Shown here piece by piece: positions 6,975 to 16,605 of a DNA stretch of 64,000 nt (within the stretch, counting starts at the first letter, position 1; the number at the start of each line of letters is the position of its first letter). The notes below the pieces were generated by a model that was not told the DNA's origin, made no database searches, and saw only the letters and a list, made by a program, of their open reading frames with translations. Position numbers and translations under genes: made by a program. Source of the stretch: a virus; the IMG/VR virus record IMGVR_UViG_3300005836_000012; one strand, written 5' to 3'.

Positions 6975-8588
6975 ATGTCCATGCAGGTCTTTGCCCAGAT
7001 TCGCAAGGTTGACGAGGCGAAGCGTCTCGTTTTCGGGCAAGCCGCCGCCGAGGTGGTCGACCACGCCGGCGAAATCATGGACTACGCCAGCAGCAAGCCG
7101 AATTTCCAGAAGTGGTCGGCCGATGTTGAGGCCGACAGCGGTGGCAAGTCGCTTGGCAATCTCCGGGCCATGCACGGAAAGGTCGCCGCCGGCAAGCTGG
7201 TCGGGATCGAGTTCCTCGACGACAAGAAGGCGATCGACATCTGCACCAAGGTGGTCGACGACGCCGAGTGGAAGAAGGTGCTGGAAGGCGTCTACACCGG
7301 GTTTTCCATGGGCGGCAGCTATGCCTCCAACCCGACAATCGAGAAGGTCGACGGCAAGGACGTGAAGCGCTACACCGCGATCCCGACCGAAATCAGTCTG
7401 GTCGATCGCCCGTGCATCCCCACGGCCAAGTTCTTCGACATCCAGAAGATGGACGGCAGCGTCGCACAGGTGGCGTTCAAGGAACCGGACCCGCTGGCCA
7501 AGCAAGCCGAGGCAGCCGACGACGGCGAGTCGATCCAGGGCACACCGGAGGAAGTCTCCGCGCTGTGCAAGGTGATGAACGACAAGGGCCTGTCCCTGGC
7601 CGATGTCCTGGCCAACCTGGAGAAGGTGGCGGCGCGCTCCGACGTGAACCCGAAGGAGGGCACCAGCGAATACGGCCAGGTCGCCTTCGCCGACGCGCGG
7701 AACAAGAAGTACCCGATCGACACCGCGGAGCACATCCGCGCGGCGTGGAACTACATCAACAAGGGCAAGAACGCCGGGAAGTACAGCGCCAAGGACGTGG
7801 CCGCGATCAAGTCGCGCATCGTCGGCGCGTGGAAGAAGCACATCGACAAGGAAGGCCCGCCATCCGCCGAGAAGATCGACGAGGCCACCGACCTGGAGAA
7901 GATGGACAAGGTGGAATTCACGACCGACCTGCGCAAGTCCCTGTGCGGGTGCCTGTGCGGCGTCCTGGATCAGCTGATGTACCTGCGCCAATCGGCGGCC
8001 TACGAGGCGTTCCAGGAGGGCGACAACAGCCCGCTGCCGGGCCGGATCGACGCCGTGATCGCTCTCACGGCCACGGTGCTGCAGGAAGCGGTCGGCGAGG
8101 CCGTCGCTGAAATCAAGGCGGGCACCGAAGCCGGCGGCGGAGAAGCTGGGGAAATGGAAATGGCCGAGGTTGCCGGGCTGCTGCGCAAGGCGCACGACGC
8201 TCCGCTGCTCGCCCTGCTGAAGGCGGAGCCCGAGGCCGCGCTGCGCGCCGCTGGCGAGGAAATCGCCAAGCTGCTGGCGCCGAAGGACGCGGCCCTGTCG
8301 GCCGACGCCGCGCTGGCCAAGCTGGTTTCCGACGCGATCGCGCCGCTGCAGAAGCAGCTGGAGGCGGCCGCAAGCAAGATCGATGCGCTGGAGAAGCAGC
8401 CAGCGCCGGCACGTGTCAGCCTGCGAGCGGTGGCCAAGTCCGCCGACACGGTGGCCGAGCACCACGAGGTGACCGGGGCCGAGGTCAAGCCAGTTCTGGA
8501 CGGCATGGGCAAGGCCAACGAGGCGGCGACGCTCATCAAGGCCATTCATCAACAGGGCGGCCGTCCGATGCTTCGGATGACCAAGTAG
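6975..8588 (+). CDS. Prohead protease (HK97/S78-like) fused to scaffolding domain
   Basis: N-terminus VFGQAAAEVVDHAGEIMD..LRAMHG..GVYTGFSMGG..EISLVDRPCIPTAKF (His/Ser protease layout). Mid KYPIDTAEHIRAAWNYI motif. Ala/Glu-rich coiled-coil C-terminus. Sits immediately upstream of the capsid gene. Confidence 0.7.
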   Translation: MSMQVFAQIRKVDEAKRLVFGQAAAEVVDHAGEIMDYASSKPNFQKWSADVEADSGGKSLGNLRAMHGKVAAGKLVGIEFLDDKKAIDICTKVVDDAEWKKVLEGVYTGFSMGGSYASNPTIEKVDGKDVKRYTAIPTEISLVDRPCIPTAKFFDIQKMDGSVAQVAFKEPDPLAKQAEAADDGESIQGTPEEVSALCKVMNDKGLSLADVLANLEKVAARSDVNPKEGTSEYGQVAFADARNKKYPIDTAEHIRAAWNYINKGKNAGKYSAKDVAAIKSRIVGAWKKHIDKEGPPSAEKIDEATDLEKMDKVEFTTDLRKSLCGCLCGVLDQLMYLRQSAAYEAFQEGDNSPLPGRIDAVIALTATVLQEAVGEAVAEIKAGTEAGGGEAGEMEMAEVAGLLRKAHDAPLLALLKAEPEAALRAAGEEIAKLLAPKDAALSADAALAKLVSDAIAPLQKQLEAAASKIDALEKQPAPARVSLRAVAKSADTVAEHHEVTGAEVKPVLDGMGKANEAATLIKAIHQQGGRPMLRMTK

Positions 8589-8630
8589 CAACCACCCAAC
8601 ACACCTTCCCCCCTCATCGAGGAGAGAGTC

Positions 8631-10157
8631 ATGAACGACAAAGTCTCTGCCGAAACGCTGAACCTGATCAAGGCGGCCCAGCTGTCCGGCACCAGCGAGG
8701 TCCCGCCCGAACTGATGAAGGCCTGGACCCAACCAGGCAGTGCGGTCAGCGGCATCAATGCCTACGACCTGGAAGCGCCAGCCAAGCAGCTCTATCCGGT
8801 CATCACGCCGCTGCGCAACGAGCTTCCGCGCGTCTCTGGCAAGGGCGGCATTCAGGCCAACTGGCGAGCGATCACCGGCATCAACACCACGAACCTCGCG
8901 CTGTACCTTGCGACCGGCAAGCGTGGTGGCGTGATGACGACCACGACCCAGGACTACACGGCGGCCTACAAAGGCATCGGCCTGGAGGATTCGGTCGAGT
9001 TCGAAGCCGACTATGCGGCGGAGTTCTTTCAGGACCTGAAAGCCACCGCAGTCGAGGGCCTGCTTCGCGCCACGATGATCGGCGAGGAGAAGATCATTCT
9101 GGGCGGCAACAACGGGCTGTCGCTGGCCAACACGGGGTCGATCACCCTGACCACGGCCAACACGGGCGGCACGCTGAACAACCAGTCCTACGGAGTCGGC
9201 TGCGTCGCGCTCACGTTCGAGGGCTTCCAACTCGCAAGCCTGACGACCGGCATTGTCCAGTCCTACACCCGGACGAACGCCGACAGTTCCACCGACCTGA
9301 TCAACGGCGGCACCAACCTGAAGGCCACCCAGGCCAACGTGACGGTGAACACCCAGGCCGGCACGATCAGCGCATCGGTGACCCCGATCGCAGGCGCTGT
9401 GGCGTACGCGTGGTTCTGGGGCGCCGCCGCCGCCAACTTGACGCTCGGAGCGATTACCACGATCAGCAGCGCACTGATCACGGCCAACGCGACCGGCACC
9501 GGGGCTGGCAACGGCACGGCGAACTACGCCGCGCTCGGCGCGACGAACAACAGCACGAACTCGCTGGCGTTCGACGGCTTTCTGACCATCGCGAGCCAGT
9601 CCGCGCTCGGTTCGTACCAGGGCACGCTGGCCGTTGGCGTCCCGGGCACGGGAACCGCACTGACCAGCGACGGCGCGGGCGGCGTCGCAGAAATCGAGAC
9701 GGCGCTGAAGTCCTTCTGGGACAACTACCGCTTGTCCCCCGATACGCTCTGGGTGTCGGCGCAGGAAATGAAGAACATTTCCGCCAAGGTGGTGTCAGCA
9801 TCCGCGTCCAACCCGCTGGCGCTGCGCTTCACGGTGAACGCCGACCAGAGCATGATGGCCGGCGGCATCATCGTGCGCGAGTACCTGAATCGCTACGCGA
9901 TGGACGGCAACACGGTGCTGAAGATCAGGCTGCACCCGAACATGCCGGCTGGCACGATGCTGTTCACCACGAGTCGGCTGCCCTACCCGCTGTCGAACGT
10001 GACGAACGTGGCGCAGATCAGGACGCGGCGCGACTACTACCAGATCGAATGGCCGCTGCGCACTCGGAAGTACGAATACGGCGTCTACGCCGACGAGGTG
10101 CTGCAGCACTACTTCCCGCCGGCGATCGGGGTGGTCACCAACATCGCCAACGGCTGA
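8631..10157 (+). CDS. Major capsid protein (HK97-fold type)
   Basis: 508 aa after protease-scaffold, strong RBS GAGGAGAG. LYPVITPLRNELPRV..ANW block typical of capsid proteins. Followed by a terminator-like hairpin. Confidence 0.75.
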   Translation: MNDKVSAETLNLIKAAQLSGTSEVPPELMKAWTQPGSAVSGINAYDLEAPAKQLYPVITPLRNELPRVSGKGGIQANWRAITGINTTNLALYLATGKRGGVMTTTTQDYTAAYKGIGLEDSVEFEADYAAEFFQDLKATAVEGLLRATMIGEEKIILGGNNGLSLANTGSITLTTANTGGTLNNQSYGVGCVALTFEGFQLASLTTGIVQSYTRTNADSSTDLINGGTNLKATQANVTVNTQAGTISASVTPIAGAVAYAWFWGAAAANLTLGAITTISSALITANATGTGAGNGTANYAALGATNNSTNSLAFDGFLTIASQSALGSYQGTLAVGVPGTGTALTSDGAGGVAEIETALKSFWDNYRLSPDTLWVSAQEMKNISAKVVSASASNPLALRFTVNADQSMMAGGIIVREYLNRYAMDGNTVLKIRLHPNMPAGTMLFTTSRLPYPLSNVTNVAQIRTRRDYYQIEWPLRTRKYEYGVYADEVLQHYFPPAIGVVTNIANG

Positions 10158-10223
10158 TTGTCTCCTAGCGTCCGTTCCCGGCCCATCCATGGCCCGGGTT
10201 CCTGACCCAGCGGACGCGTTTTG

Positions 10224-10258
10224 GCCCCCAGCTCCAGCAATGAGGCTGGGGGCGTTTC
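10224..10258 (+). terminator. Rho-independent terminator candidate after capsid gene
   Basis: GCCCCCAGC-(12-nt loop)-GCTGGGGGC followed by GTTTCC. Confidence 0.5.
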
Positions 10259-10300
10259 CAGAAGGACCGCAGTGAATCGACACCGGAAAGAGAGCAAGCG

Positions 10301-10537
10301 ATGAATGGCGCGAATGTCTTTGAACGTCCGAACCCGTTCCTTCAGCAGATGAAGGTGCTGAAGTGCCCGCCTGGCATGGCTGAAATCAGCATCGACGGCT
10401 TCCAACTGCAGCCGGACGAAAACGGGCACGTGATGGTGCCGGCCGACAAGGCCCTCCGCCTGCGCGACCACGGCTGCATGATCCTGAGCGACGCCGACGT
10501 GGCTGCCATGCAGGCCGCCGCGGCGAAGAAGAAGTAA
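10301..10537 (+). CDS. Hypothetical small protein
   Basis: 78-aa GC3-rich ORF between capsid and connector genes. Confidence 0.5.
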   Translation: MNGANVFERPNPFLQQMKVLKCPPGMAEISIDGFQLQPDENGHVMVPADKALRLRDHGCMILSDADVAAMQAAAAKKK

Positions 10538-10555
10538 GGGTGACGGGGTGCGAGG

Positions 10556-11362
10556 GTGGCCGACCTGACCAGCATCGCGCGCGTCAAGACGTACGCGCCA
10601 CTCGCCAACACCTCGAACATGGACGCGCGGATCGCCTCGCTCGTCAGCAGCGAGTCGGCGACGCTGGTCAACTACCTCAACATTTCCGTCCCGTTCGAGA
10701 CAGCGACCGACGTGCTGCTCGACGGGCGCGGGGAGCGCCGCCTATCCCTGCCGGTACAACCGGTGCTGGAGGTCAGCGCCCTGGCGATCAACGGGGTCGA
10801 CGTGCCCATCGTGGCCAACATGCGCCAGAGTGGCGCCGTGCTGGATCAACGCACCGGCACGCTCGTGCTGACCAACGGCCAGCGCTTCCCGATGTCTCCG
10901 CTGTCGATCGAGGCATCATGGGACGCCGGCTTTCGCTTCACCATGACGGCCAACGTCCCGGCAACCACCGGCAACGCGACCACGTCCACCTACACCCCGA
11001 GCGGCAACGTCGTGGACGGCGGATTCATGGCTGTCGTCGGGCAGATCGACAACGGCACCGTGACCTTCACGGAGGCGGCGAACGCGTCGAACCCGCAGCC
11101 GAACGAGTACGCCGCGAGCGACGGCACCCTGACGTTCAACGTGGCGAATTCCAACGCGCCGGTGAACATCATGGGCTACTACGTGCCCGGGCCGCTCCTC
11201 CAGGCGTGCAACCAGATGATCGCGCTGGCCCTGCAGCAGTCGGTCACGGTCGGCGTCAAGGGCAAGAACATCCTCGGCGAGGCCGTCAGCTACGACACCA
11301 CCCAGATGAACGACGACATCAAGGCGATCGTCGCCCCGTACCGAAAGATGGCCCCGGGATGA
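10556..11362 (+). CDS. Head-tail connector (gp6-like) protein with inserted Thr/Asn-rich domain
   Basis: GTG start. N-terminus LTSIARVKTYAPLANTSNMDARIASLVSSESATLVNYL resembles Phage_connect_1-type adaptors. Position fits. Confidence 0.5.
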   Translation: MADLTSIARVKTYAPLANTSNMDARIASLVSSESATLVNYLNISVPFETATDVLLDGRGERRLSLPVQPVLEVSALAINGVDVPIVANMRQSGAVLDQRTGTLVLTNGQRFPMSPLSIEASWDAGFRFTMTANVPATTGNATTSTYTPSGNVVDGGFMAVVGQIDNGTVTFTEAANASNPQPNEYAASDGTLTFNVANSNAPVNIMGYYVPGPLLQACNQMIALALQQSVTVGVKGKNILGEAVSYDTTQMNDDIKAIVAPYRKMAPG

Positions 11363-11829
11363 CCAGCCTGCTGACCGTCGACGTGCGCGCCGAGCAGTTG
11401 CTGGCGCAGTTGGCCGGCGTCGACCGACAGATGACGGCCGACGTGAAGACGGCCGTCGATCGCCTGACGATCGAGGTGCAGTCGCACGTCAAGGACAGGA
11501 AACTGTCCGGCCAGGTGCTGCACGTCCAGACCGGCACGCTGCGCCGAAGCATCAACCGAGCGACGATCGAGCAGGGCGGCACGGTGACGGGCCAGGTGGG
11601 CACGAACGTGCGCTATGCAGCGATCCACGAATACGGGTTCCAGGGCACGGTCGGCGTGCGCAGCTATGTTCGCAGCCTGCCAGGAGGCGGCGCAGCCACG
11701 GTGCGGGCGCACTCGCGCCGCATGAACATGCCGGTTCGCAGCTTCCTGCGCAGCACGCTGGCCGACGATGCCGACCACATCCGCATGACGCTGCGCGAGG
11801 CGGCGGTGCGCGCGCTGAAGGCGTTCTGA
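11359..11829 (+). CDS. HK97 gp10-family head-tail joining / tail completion protein
   Basis: ATGA overlap. VRYAAIHEYG motif and 156-aa size typical of the gp10 family. Confidence 0.55.
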   Translation: MTSLLTVDVRAEQLLAQLAGVDRQMTADVKTAVDRLTIEVQSHVKDRKLSGQVLHVQTGTLRRSINRATIEQGGTVTGQVGTNVRYAAIHEYGFQGTVGVRSYVRSLPGGGAATVRAHSRRMNMPVRSFLRSTLADDADHIRMTLREAAVRALKAF

Positions 11830-11832
11830 TGT

Positions 11833-12303
11833 ATGGACAGCCCATCGATCAATCGACAGGCCATCTGGGACTCGGTGGCCGACTTCTTCCGTGCCATCAC
11901 GAACCACGACGGGTCGCTGGTGTTCAAGTCGTTCTTCACCAACGCCCGGCACTGGATCGATGTCCAACCGCCGGACCAGCCCGCGGCGACGCTGGACCCG
12001 ACCACGGAGAAGCGCAAGGTTCGCCGTGGCATGCCTCCGATCATCGAAATGACGGCGCTGCTGCGCGTCTATGTCTTCACCAACGCCGAAATCGACACGA
12101 ACGTCGATGCGAACGGCATGCTGAATCCGATCATCGATGCGGTGGAGCGGTCGATCGTCATCGACGACGTGATCAACGAATGCGCGACGCTCGGCGGCAG
12201 GGTGAGTCACTGCGCGATCGACGGCAAGGTGGAACGATTCAGCGGGTCACTCGGCAACGAGGCGGTCGTCGTGATCCCCATCATCATCATCGTCTCGCCA
12301 TGA
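11833..12303 (+). CDS. Hypothetical neck/tail-terminator candidate
   Basis: 156 aa between the gp10-like gene and the tube gene. Function inferred from position only. Confidence 0.4.
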   Translation: MDSPSINRQAIWDSVADFFRAITNHDGSLVFKSFFTNARHWIDVQPPDQPAATLDPTTEKRKVRRGMPPIIEMTALLRVYVFTNAEIDTNVDANGMLNPIIDAVERSIVIDDVINECATLGGRVSHCAIDGKVERFSGSLGNEAVVVIPIIIIVSP

Positions 12304-12322
12304 GGCACCGAAGGAGCACACC

Positions 12323-13060
12323 ATGACTCAATACGCTTTCGGCTCGGGCGTTCTGTTCGGCCGCAGCAACGACAACTCCCCGCCCACCCCGGTCCGCTTC
12401 GGCGGTTTGCAGGGCTGCAACATCGACTTCGCCTTCACGGTCAAGGAGCTGTACGGCCAGTACCAGTTCCCGATCGCGCTCGGCCGCGGCACCGGCAAGA
12501 TCACCGGCAAGGCGGACTTCGCGCAGCTGAACGCTCAGGTCTACAACGACCTGTTCTTCGGCTACTCGAACCCGGCATCCGGGAGCAAGCCAATCGCCGT
12601 CAGCGAGGCCCAGACGGTCACGGCGAACGCAGTGACGGTCACCAACGCCGCGAACTACGTGCGCGACCTGGGCGTGGTCCTGGCCAGCGACAACAGCCTC
12701 TACACGCGGGTCACGGCCAACATGGTCGGGCAGCAGTACAGCTGCAACGAAACGACCGGCGTCTACACGTTCAACGCGTCGCAGAACGCGGCCGCGGTGC
12801 TCGTGAGCTACGAGTACAACGCATCGGCCAACGGCAAGACGATCAGCCTGACCAACCAACTGCTGGGCAACGCGCCGACGTTCCTGGCGGCCTTCCAGAC
12901 CACGTTCCGCACCAAGACGCTGACCATGGTGCTGAACGCGTGCATGTCGTCGAAGCTGTCCTTCCCGACCAAGCTGGAGGACTTCACGATCCCGAGCTTC
13001 GACTTCCAGGCGTTCGCCGACGACAGCGGCAACCTGGGCACGATGTACCTGGCCGAGTGA
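12323..13060 (+). CDS. Major tail (tube) protein
   Basis: 245 aa, RBS GAAGGAG, immediately upstream of the G/GT chaperone pair. Beta-rich Thr/Asn composition. Confidence 0.65.
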   Translation: MTQYAFGSGVLFGRSNDNSPPTPVRFGGLQGCNIDFAFTVKELYGQYQFPIALGRGTGKITGKADFAQLNAQVYNDLFFGYSNPASGSKPIAVSEAQTVTANAVTVTNAANYVRDLGVVLASDNSLYTRVTANMVGQQYSCNETTGVYTFNASQNAAAVLVSYEYNASANGKTISLTNQLLGNAPTFLAAFQTTFRTKTLTMVLNACMSSKLSFPTKLEDFTIPSFDFQAFADDSGNLGTMYLAE

Positions 13061-13067
13061 GGGAAGC

Positions 13068-13460
13068 ATGTCGCTCGACACCATCAAGTTCACCGAGTAC
13101 CAGGTCGGAGAAGGCCAGGATCAGGACACCATCCGCCGCTACACGCCGGACACGCGACGTGGCGGCGCGTGGGTTCGCTTCGGTCTGGACGAGTTCCGGC
13201 TCCCCGCCCTTGGCCTGGCCGAGGTGCAGGAGCTGGAGCCCGACGTGCACGCGCTGGAGGGCTTGCAGAGCGGGGCATCGCCGAGCGCGGAGCAGTGGAA
13301 GTCGGCGCACCGCATCATCTGGGCGTCCATGCGGCGCAACTACACGACGCTGGAGCTGAACGACGTGATCGGGCTCGTGGACCTGAGCAACGTCAAGCAG
13401 GTCCTGGAGGCGATTTTCGGCACCAGCGGCTACAAGAAGGTGGCCCCGGGGGAGGCGTAG
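13068..13460 (+). CDS. Tail assembly chaperone (gpG-like)
   Basis: 130 aa between tube and tape measure. Slippery CCCGGGG lies 3 codons before its stop. Confidence 0.7.
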   Translation: MSLDTIKFTEYQVGEGQDQDTIRRYTPDTRRGGAWVRFGLDEFRLPALGLAEVQELEPDVHALEGLQSGASPSAEQWKSAHRIIWASMRRNYTTLELNDVIGLVDLSNVKQVLEAIFGTSGYKKVAPGEA

Positions 13461-13780
13461 CCGGGCCGGTTGACTGGCCCGCAATCTATGCGGCGCTGAT
13501 CACCGAGTTCGGCTGGACGTGGGAGTACATCGACGAAGAAATGACGCTGCCGCGGCTGCTGGCGATCCAGATGCAGTGGCAGCGCGTTCCCCCGCTCGGG
13601 CAGTGCGTCCAGGCGCTCGCCGTGTGGGCCGGCGCGATCCACCGGCCGATGGATGACGGCTCGCGGTCCACAGCGCAGGCGGCCAACGACGCCGACATGG
13701 GCGAGCTGGTGATGATGATGGGCGGCGTGACTGAGGAGCTTCCGGCATGGCTGCAACAGGGTCTGACGAATCAGTCCTGA
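13068..13780 (+). CDS. Tail assembly chaperone G-T fusion (-1 programmed frameshift at 13445-13451)
   Basis: The -1 frame after the slip reads PGGGVAGPVDWPAIYAALITEFGWTWEYIDEEMTLPRLL... to 13780, overlapping the tape-measure start. Confidence 0.6.
13445..13451 (+). promoter_or_regulatory. X XXY YYZ slippery heptamer C CCG GGG
   Basis: In the gpG frame: gcC CCG GGG gag gcg tag. The -1 frame stays open for a further 110 codons. Confidence 0.6.
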
Positions 13781-16605
13781 TCCGCTTCGGCGCGAGCATC
13801 GATGACGCCAAGGCGAATATCGGCGCGCTTGCGAGTTTCATTCGCGGATTCGCGGAAGGCGTCACCGCCGAACTGAAGGATGCCGGCGGTCCTATCGCCG
13901 ACCTGGGCAAGCGATTCAAAGACCTTGGCGAGGAGTTCACGAAGGCCGGCACTAAGGCCCTCGGCAGCTTCGGCCCTGTCCTGGAGTCAGCGCTCAACGT
14001 CTTCGGGAAGTCCGCCACCCTCATCGGGCTTTCTGCTGTCGGCGCAGCGGTCGGGGTCGAGAAACTGTCGGCCGCCAACGCGGAAATGGTCCAGTCCACG
14101 CGCGATTTGGCGCGCGCGCTCGGCATCACGACCAACGAGGCCAGCGTGATGCAGGCCGTGTTCGGCGAGGTTGGCGCGAGTCAGAGCGAGTACCTGGGGC
14201 TCTCAAAAGGCCTGTCGAACCAGCTGCGAACCAACGAAGCTGCAATGGTCAGCCTCGGGCTCGTGACGCGGGACGCCGTCACCGGCAATCTGCGCCCGTT
14301 GAACGAGTTGACGATTGATGCGATAGCCCTGCTCCGCGAGTACAAGGAGGGAACGGATCGGTCGGTAGCGGCTCGTGAACTGTTCGGCCGTGGACTATCT
14401 GCGTCGTCGCGCCTGCTGCAGGTCAACAACGAGATGGTCGAAAAGAACCGAACCCTCGTCGAGGAGCTGGGGCTGACGGTCGGCGAAAGCGCCGTCAACG
14501 CGTGGAAGGATTACGACGAGGCGTCACACAAAGCAGAACTGACGCAGCACGCATTCGCGAAGGCGATCCAGGAGTCCGTGCTTCCTGTCGGCACCGAACT
14601 GCTCGAATGGTTCAACAACCTGGCTCCAGCAGCGATCGAGGTGCTGCGCGGCGCCATCGGTGGGCTATCGACCGCGTTCCTTGGCCTGACCAACGGCGTG
14701 CGCGTCGTGTGGGAGGTCATCAACGCGATGGTGATCAGCGCCGCGGAGCCGATCCGCGCGCTCGGCGCAGCCATCGGCAAGGCCCTTGTTGGCGATTTCG
14801 AAGGTGCGGCCCAGGAAATCAAGGGCGTCGGCTCAACGATCGGCGGTGCATGGGAGGGCGCGCTCAAGAAGATCGACGCATCCTCGCAAGAGACGCACGA
14901 CCGCATCGCCAGCATCTGGGCATTCACGGGAGGGCCGCAGGGGGCTGGTGATAGCGGATCGCCAAAGGGATCGAAGAACGCACCTGACATCGCAGGAGAC
15001 AAGGAAAGGCTGAAGGCCGAGGAGCAGGCCCGCAAGGAAGCCGAGAGAGAGGCCGCAAGAGCGGAGAGGGAGCGCCAGCGGGCAGCGAAAGAGCAGGAAC
15101 GCCTCGCCAAGGCTGCGGCGCAGGAAAGGGCGCGGATCGCAGTCGCCGAATACGGCCTCGCCAAAGCGCAGAACGAGGCGTCGCTCGGCGAGCAGCAGGA
15201 GTACCTACGCGAGTCGATGTCGATCACCGACGACGCCTACAAGAACAACCTGATCAGCACGAAGGAGTACTACGACGCAAAGCTGGCGATCGAAACCAGG
15301 GCAATCGACCTGTCCATCGAGGCGAAGAAGCGCGAGACAGAGGAGGTTCGCACGCAGGCGAAGTCGCCAGACCTGAAAGAACCAGAGAAGCTGAAATTCC
15401 AGGCGCAGGAGGCCAAACTAGCCGGCGAAATCAACGTCCTGGAGCAAAAGCGCATAGACCTCGTGCGCTCCAACGCGTCCGAGTACAACGCCGAAGAACA
15501 GCGCCGCGCCGATGCGATGGAAGGCATCAGGATCAACGCGGCGAAGGCTAGCGGGCAGGCTGAGATAGCGGCAATGCAGGAGTCCACGTCACAACGTCGG
15601 GCGCTGCTGCAGATCGACGCCGAGCAAGAGGTGATCGAGCGCGCGCAGGCTGAACGCAGGGCCTACGAGGTGGAGCGTGCCGGGCTGAGTGCGCGCCTGG
15701 AGTTGGCCCACGGCGACGCGACCAAGCGAGCGGAAATCTTCGCCCAGATGGCAGACCTCGATCAGCAGCACGAGAACCGGCTGACCCAGATCAGCAACGC
15801 CGGCATCCGCGAGCGCCAGAAGTACATGCTGCAGGCCAACCAGCAGATTCGCGGCAGCTTCGAAGGCTTCCTGAACGACATCATGTCGGGCACCAAGAAG
15901 CTGTCGACGGCGTTTCACGAGTTCGTGACGGCAACGATCCTGGCGGTGCAGAACATGATCGCCAAGAAGCTGGGCGACAAGATTTTCGACAGCCTCGGTG
16001 GCAACAAGGTGGTCGAAATGCTGGTCAAGCCGTTCGACATGGCGATCGACTGGCTGGTCGGCCTGTTCGCGAAGAAGGAGGCCATCCAGACGGCTGCCAC
16101 GGCGGCTGGCACGGCCGAGCGTACGGCCATCGAGGGCGCAGCCGAGGAAGAATCCCTGCTGGCGATGGCGGCGGGCGCGGTGAAGCGCATCGCCATTTCC
16201 GCGTGGGAGGCAGCGGCATCGGTCTATGCGTCGATCGCCGCGATCCCTTACGTCGGTCCATTCCTGGCCCCTGCGATGGCCATCGGCGCGGCCGCGCTCG
16301 TGCTCGGGTTCGCCAAGAACATTGCGAGCGCCGAGGGCGGCTGGTGGCAGGTGCCGGGCGACCAGATGGCGCAGCTGCACAAGAACGAAATGGTGCTGCC
16401 ATCGACCGAGGCTCAGGGCGTGCGCACGCTGATCGCCAACGCCCAACGCGGCATGAAGCCGACCGGCGGGGGTGGCGGGGATACGTTCGTCGTGCACGCT
16501 ACCGACGCGAAATCGTTCAAGGCACTGCTGATGGACAATGCGGGCGCCGTCGCCGGTGCCGTTCGAGAGCACGCGCGTAACGGCGGCATCCAGGCACGCT
16601 CATGA
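13747..16605 (+). CDS. Tape measure protein
   Basis: 952 aa after G/GT. Central charged coiled coil (AEEQARKEAEREAARAERERQRAAKEQERLAKAAAQERAR). C-terminal Gly/Ala hydrophobic segments. Confidence 0.85.
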   Translation: MAATGSDESVLIRFGASIDDAKANIGALASFIRGFAEGVTAELKDAGGPIADLGKRFKDLGEEFTKAGTKALGSFGPVLESALNVFGKSATLIGLSAVGAAVGVEKLSAANAEMVQSTRDLARALGITTNEASVMQAVFGEVGASQSEYLGLSKGLSNQLRTNEAAMVSLGLVTRDAVTGNLRPLNELTIDAIALLREYKEGTDRSVAARELFGRGLSASSRLLQVNNEMVEKNRTLVEELGLTVGESAVNAWKDYDEASHKAELTQHAFAKAIQESVLPVGTELLEWFNNLAPAAIEVLRGAIGGLSTAFLGLTNGVRVVWEVINAMVISAAEPIRALGAAIGKALVGDFEGAAQEIKGVGSTIGGAWEGALKKIDASSQETHDRIASIWAFTGGPQGAGDSGSPKGSKNAPDIAGDKERLKAEEQARKEAEREAARAERERQRAAKEQERLAKAAAQERARIAVAEYGLAKAQNEASLGEQQEYLRESMSITDDAYKNNLISTKEYYDAKLAIETRAIDLSIEAKKRETEEVRTQAKSPDLKEPEKLKFQAQEAKLAGEINVLEQKRIDLVRSNASEYNAEEQRRADAMEGIRINAAKASGQAEIAAMQESTSQRRALLQIDAEQEVIERAQAERRAYEVERAGLSARLELAHGDATKRAEIFAQMADLDQQHENRLTQISNAGIRERQKYMLQANQQIRGSFEGFLNDIMSGTKKLSTAFHEFVTATILAVQNMIAKKLGDKIFDSLGGNKVVEMLVKPFDMAIDWLVGLFAKKEAIQTAATAAGTAERTAIEGAAEEESLLAMAAGAVKRIAISAWEAAASVYASIAAIPYVGPFLAPAMAIGAAALVLGFAKNIASAEGGWWQVPGDQMAQLHKNEMVLPSTEAQGVRTLIANAQRGMKPTGGGGGDTFVVHATDAKSFKALLMDNAGAVAGAVREHARNGGIQARS

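Noticed and set aside
6045-9230. 1061-aa minus-strand ORF, the longest in the track
   Set aside because: It is antisense to the protease-scaffold and capsid genes. Its Arg/Leu/Val/Gly/Asp-rich composition is typical of open antisense frames in high-GC DNA, and it has no motif or RBS. The sense-strand genes have clear family signatures.
8631-10157. Enrichment of N-x-S/T sequons in the capsid protein as evidence for N-glycosylation
   Set aside because: Ten sequons were counted, but the protein is very Asn/Thr/Ser-rich. A rough expectation is of similar size. I kept this only as an observation to test, not as evidence.
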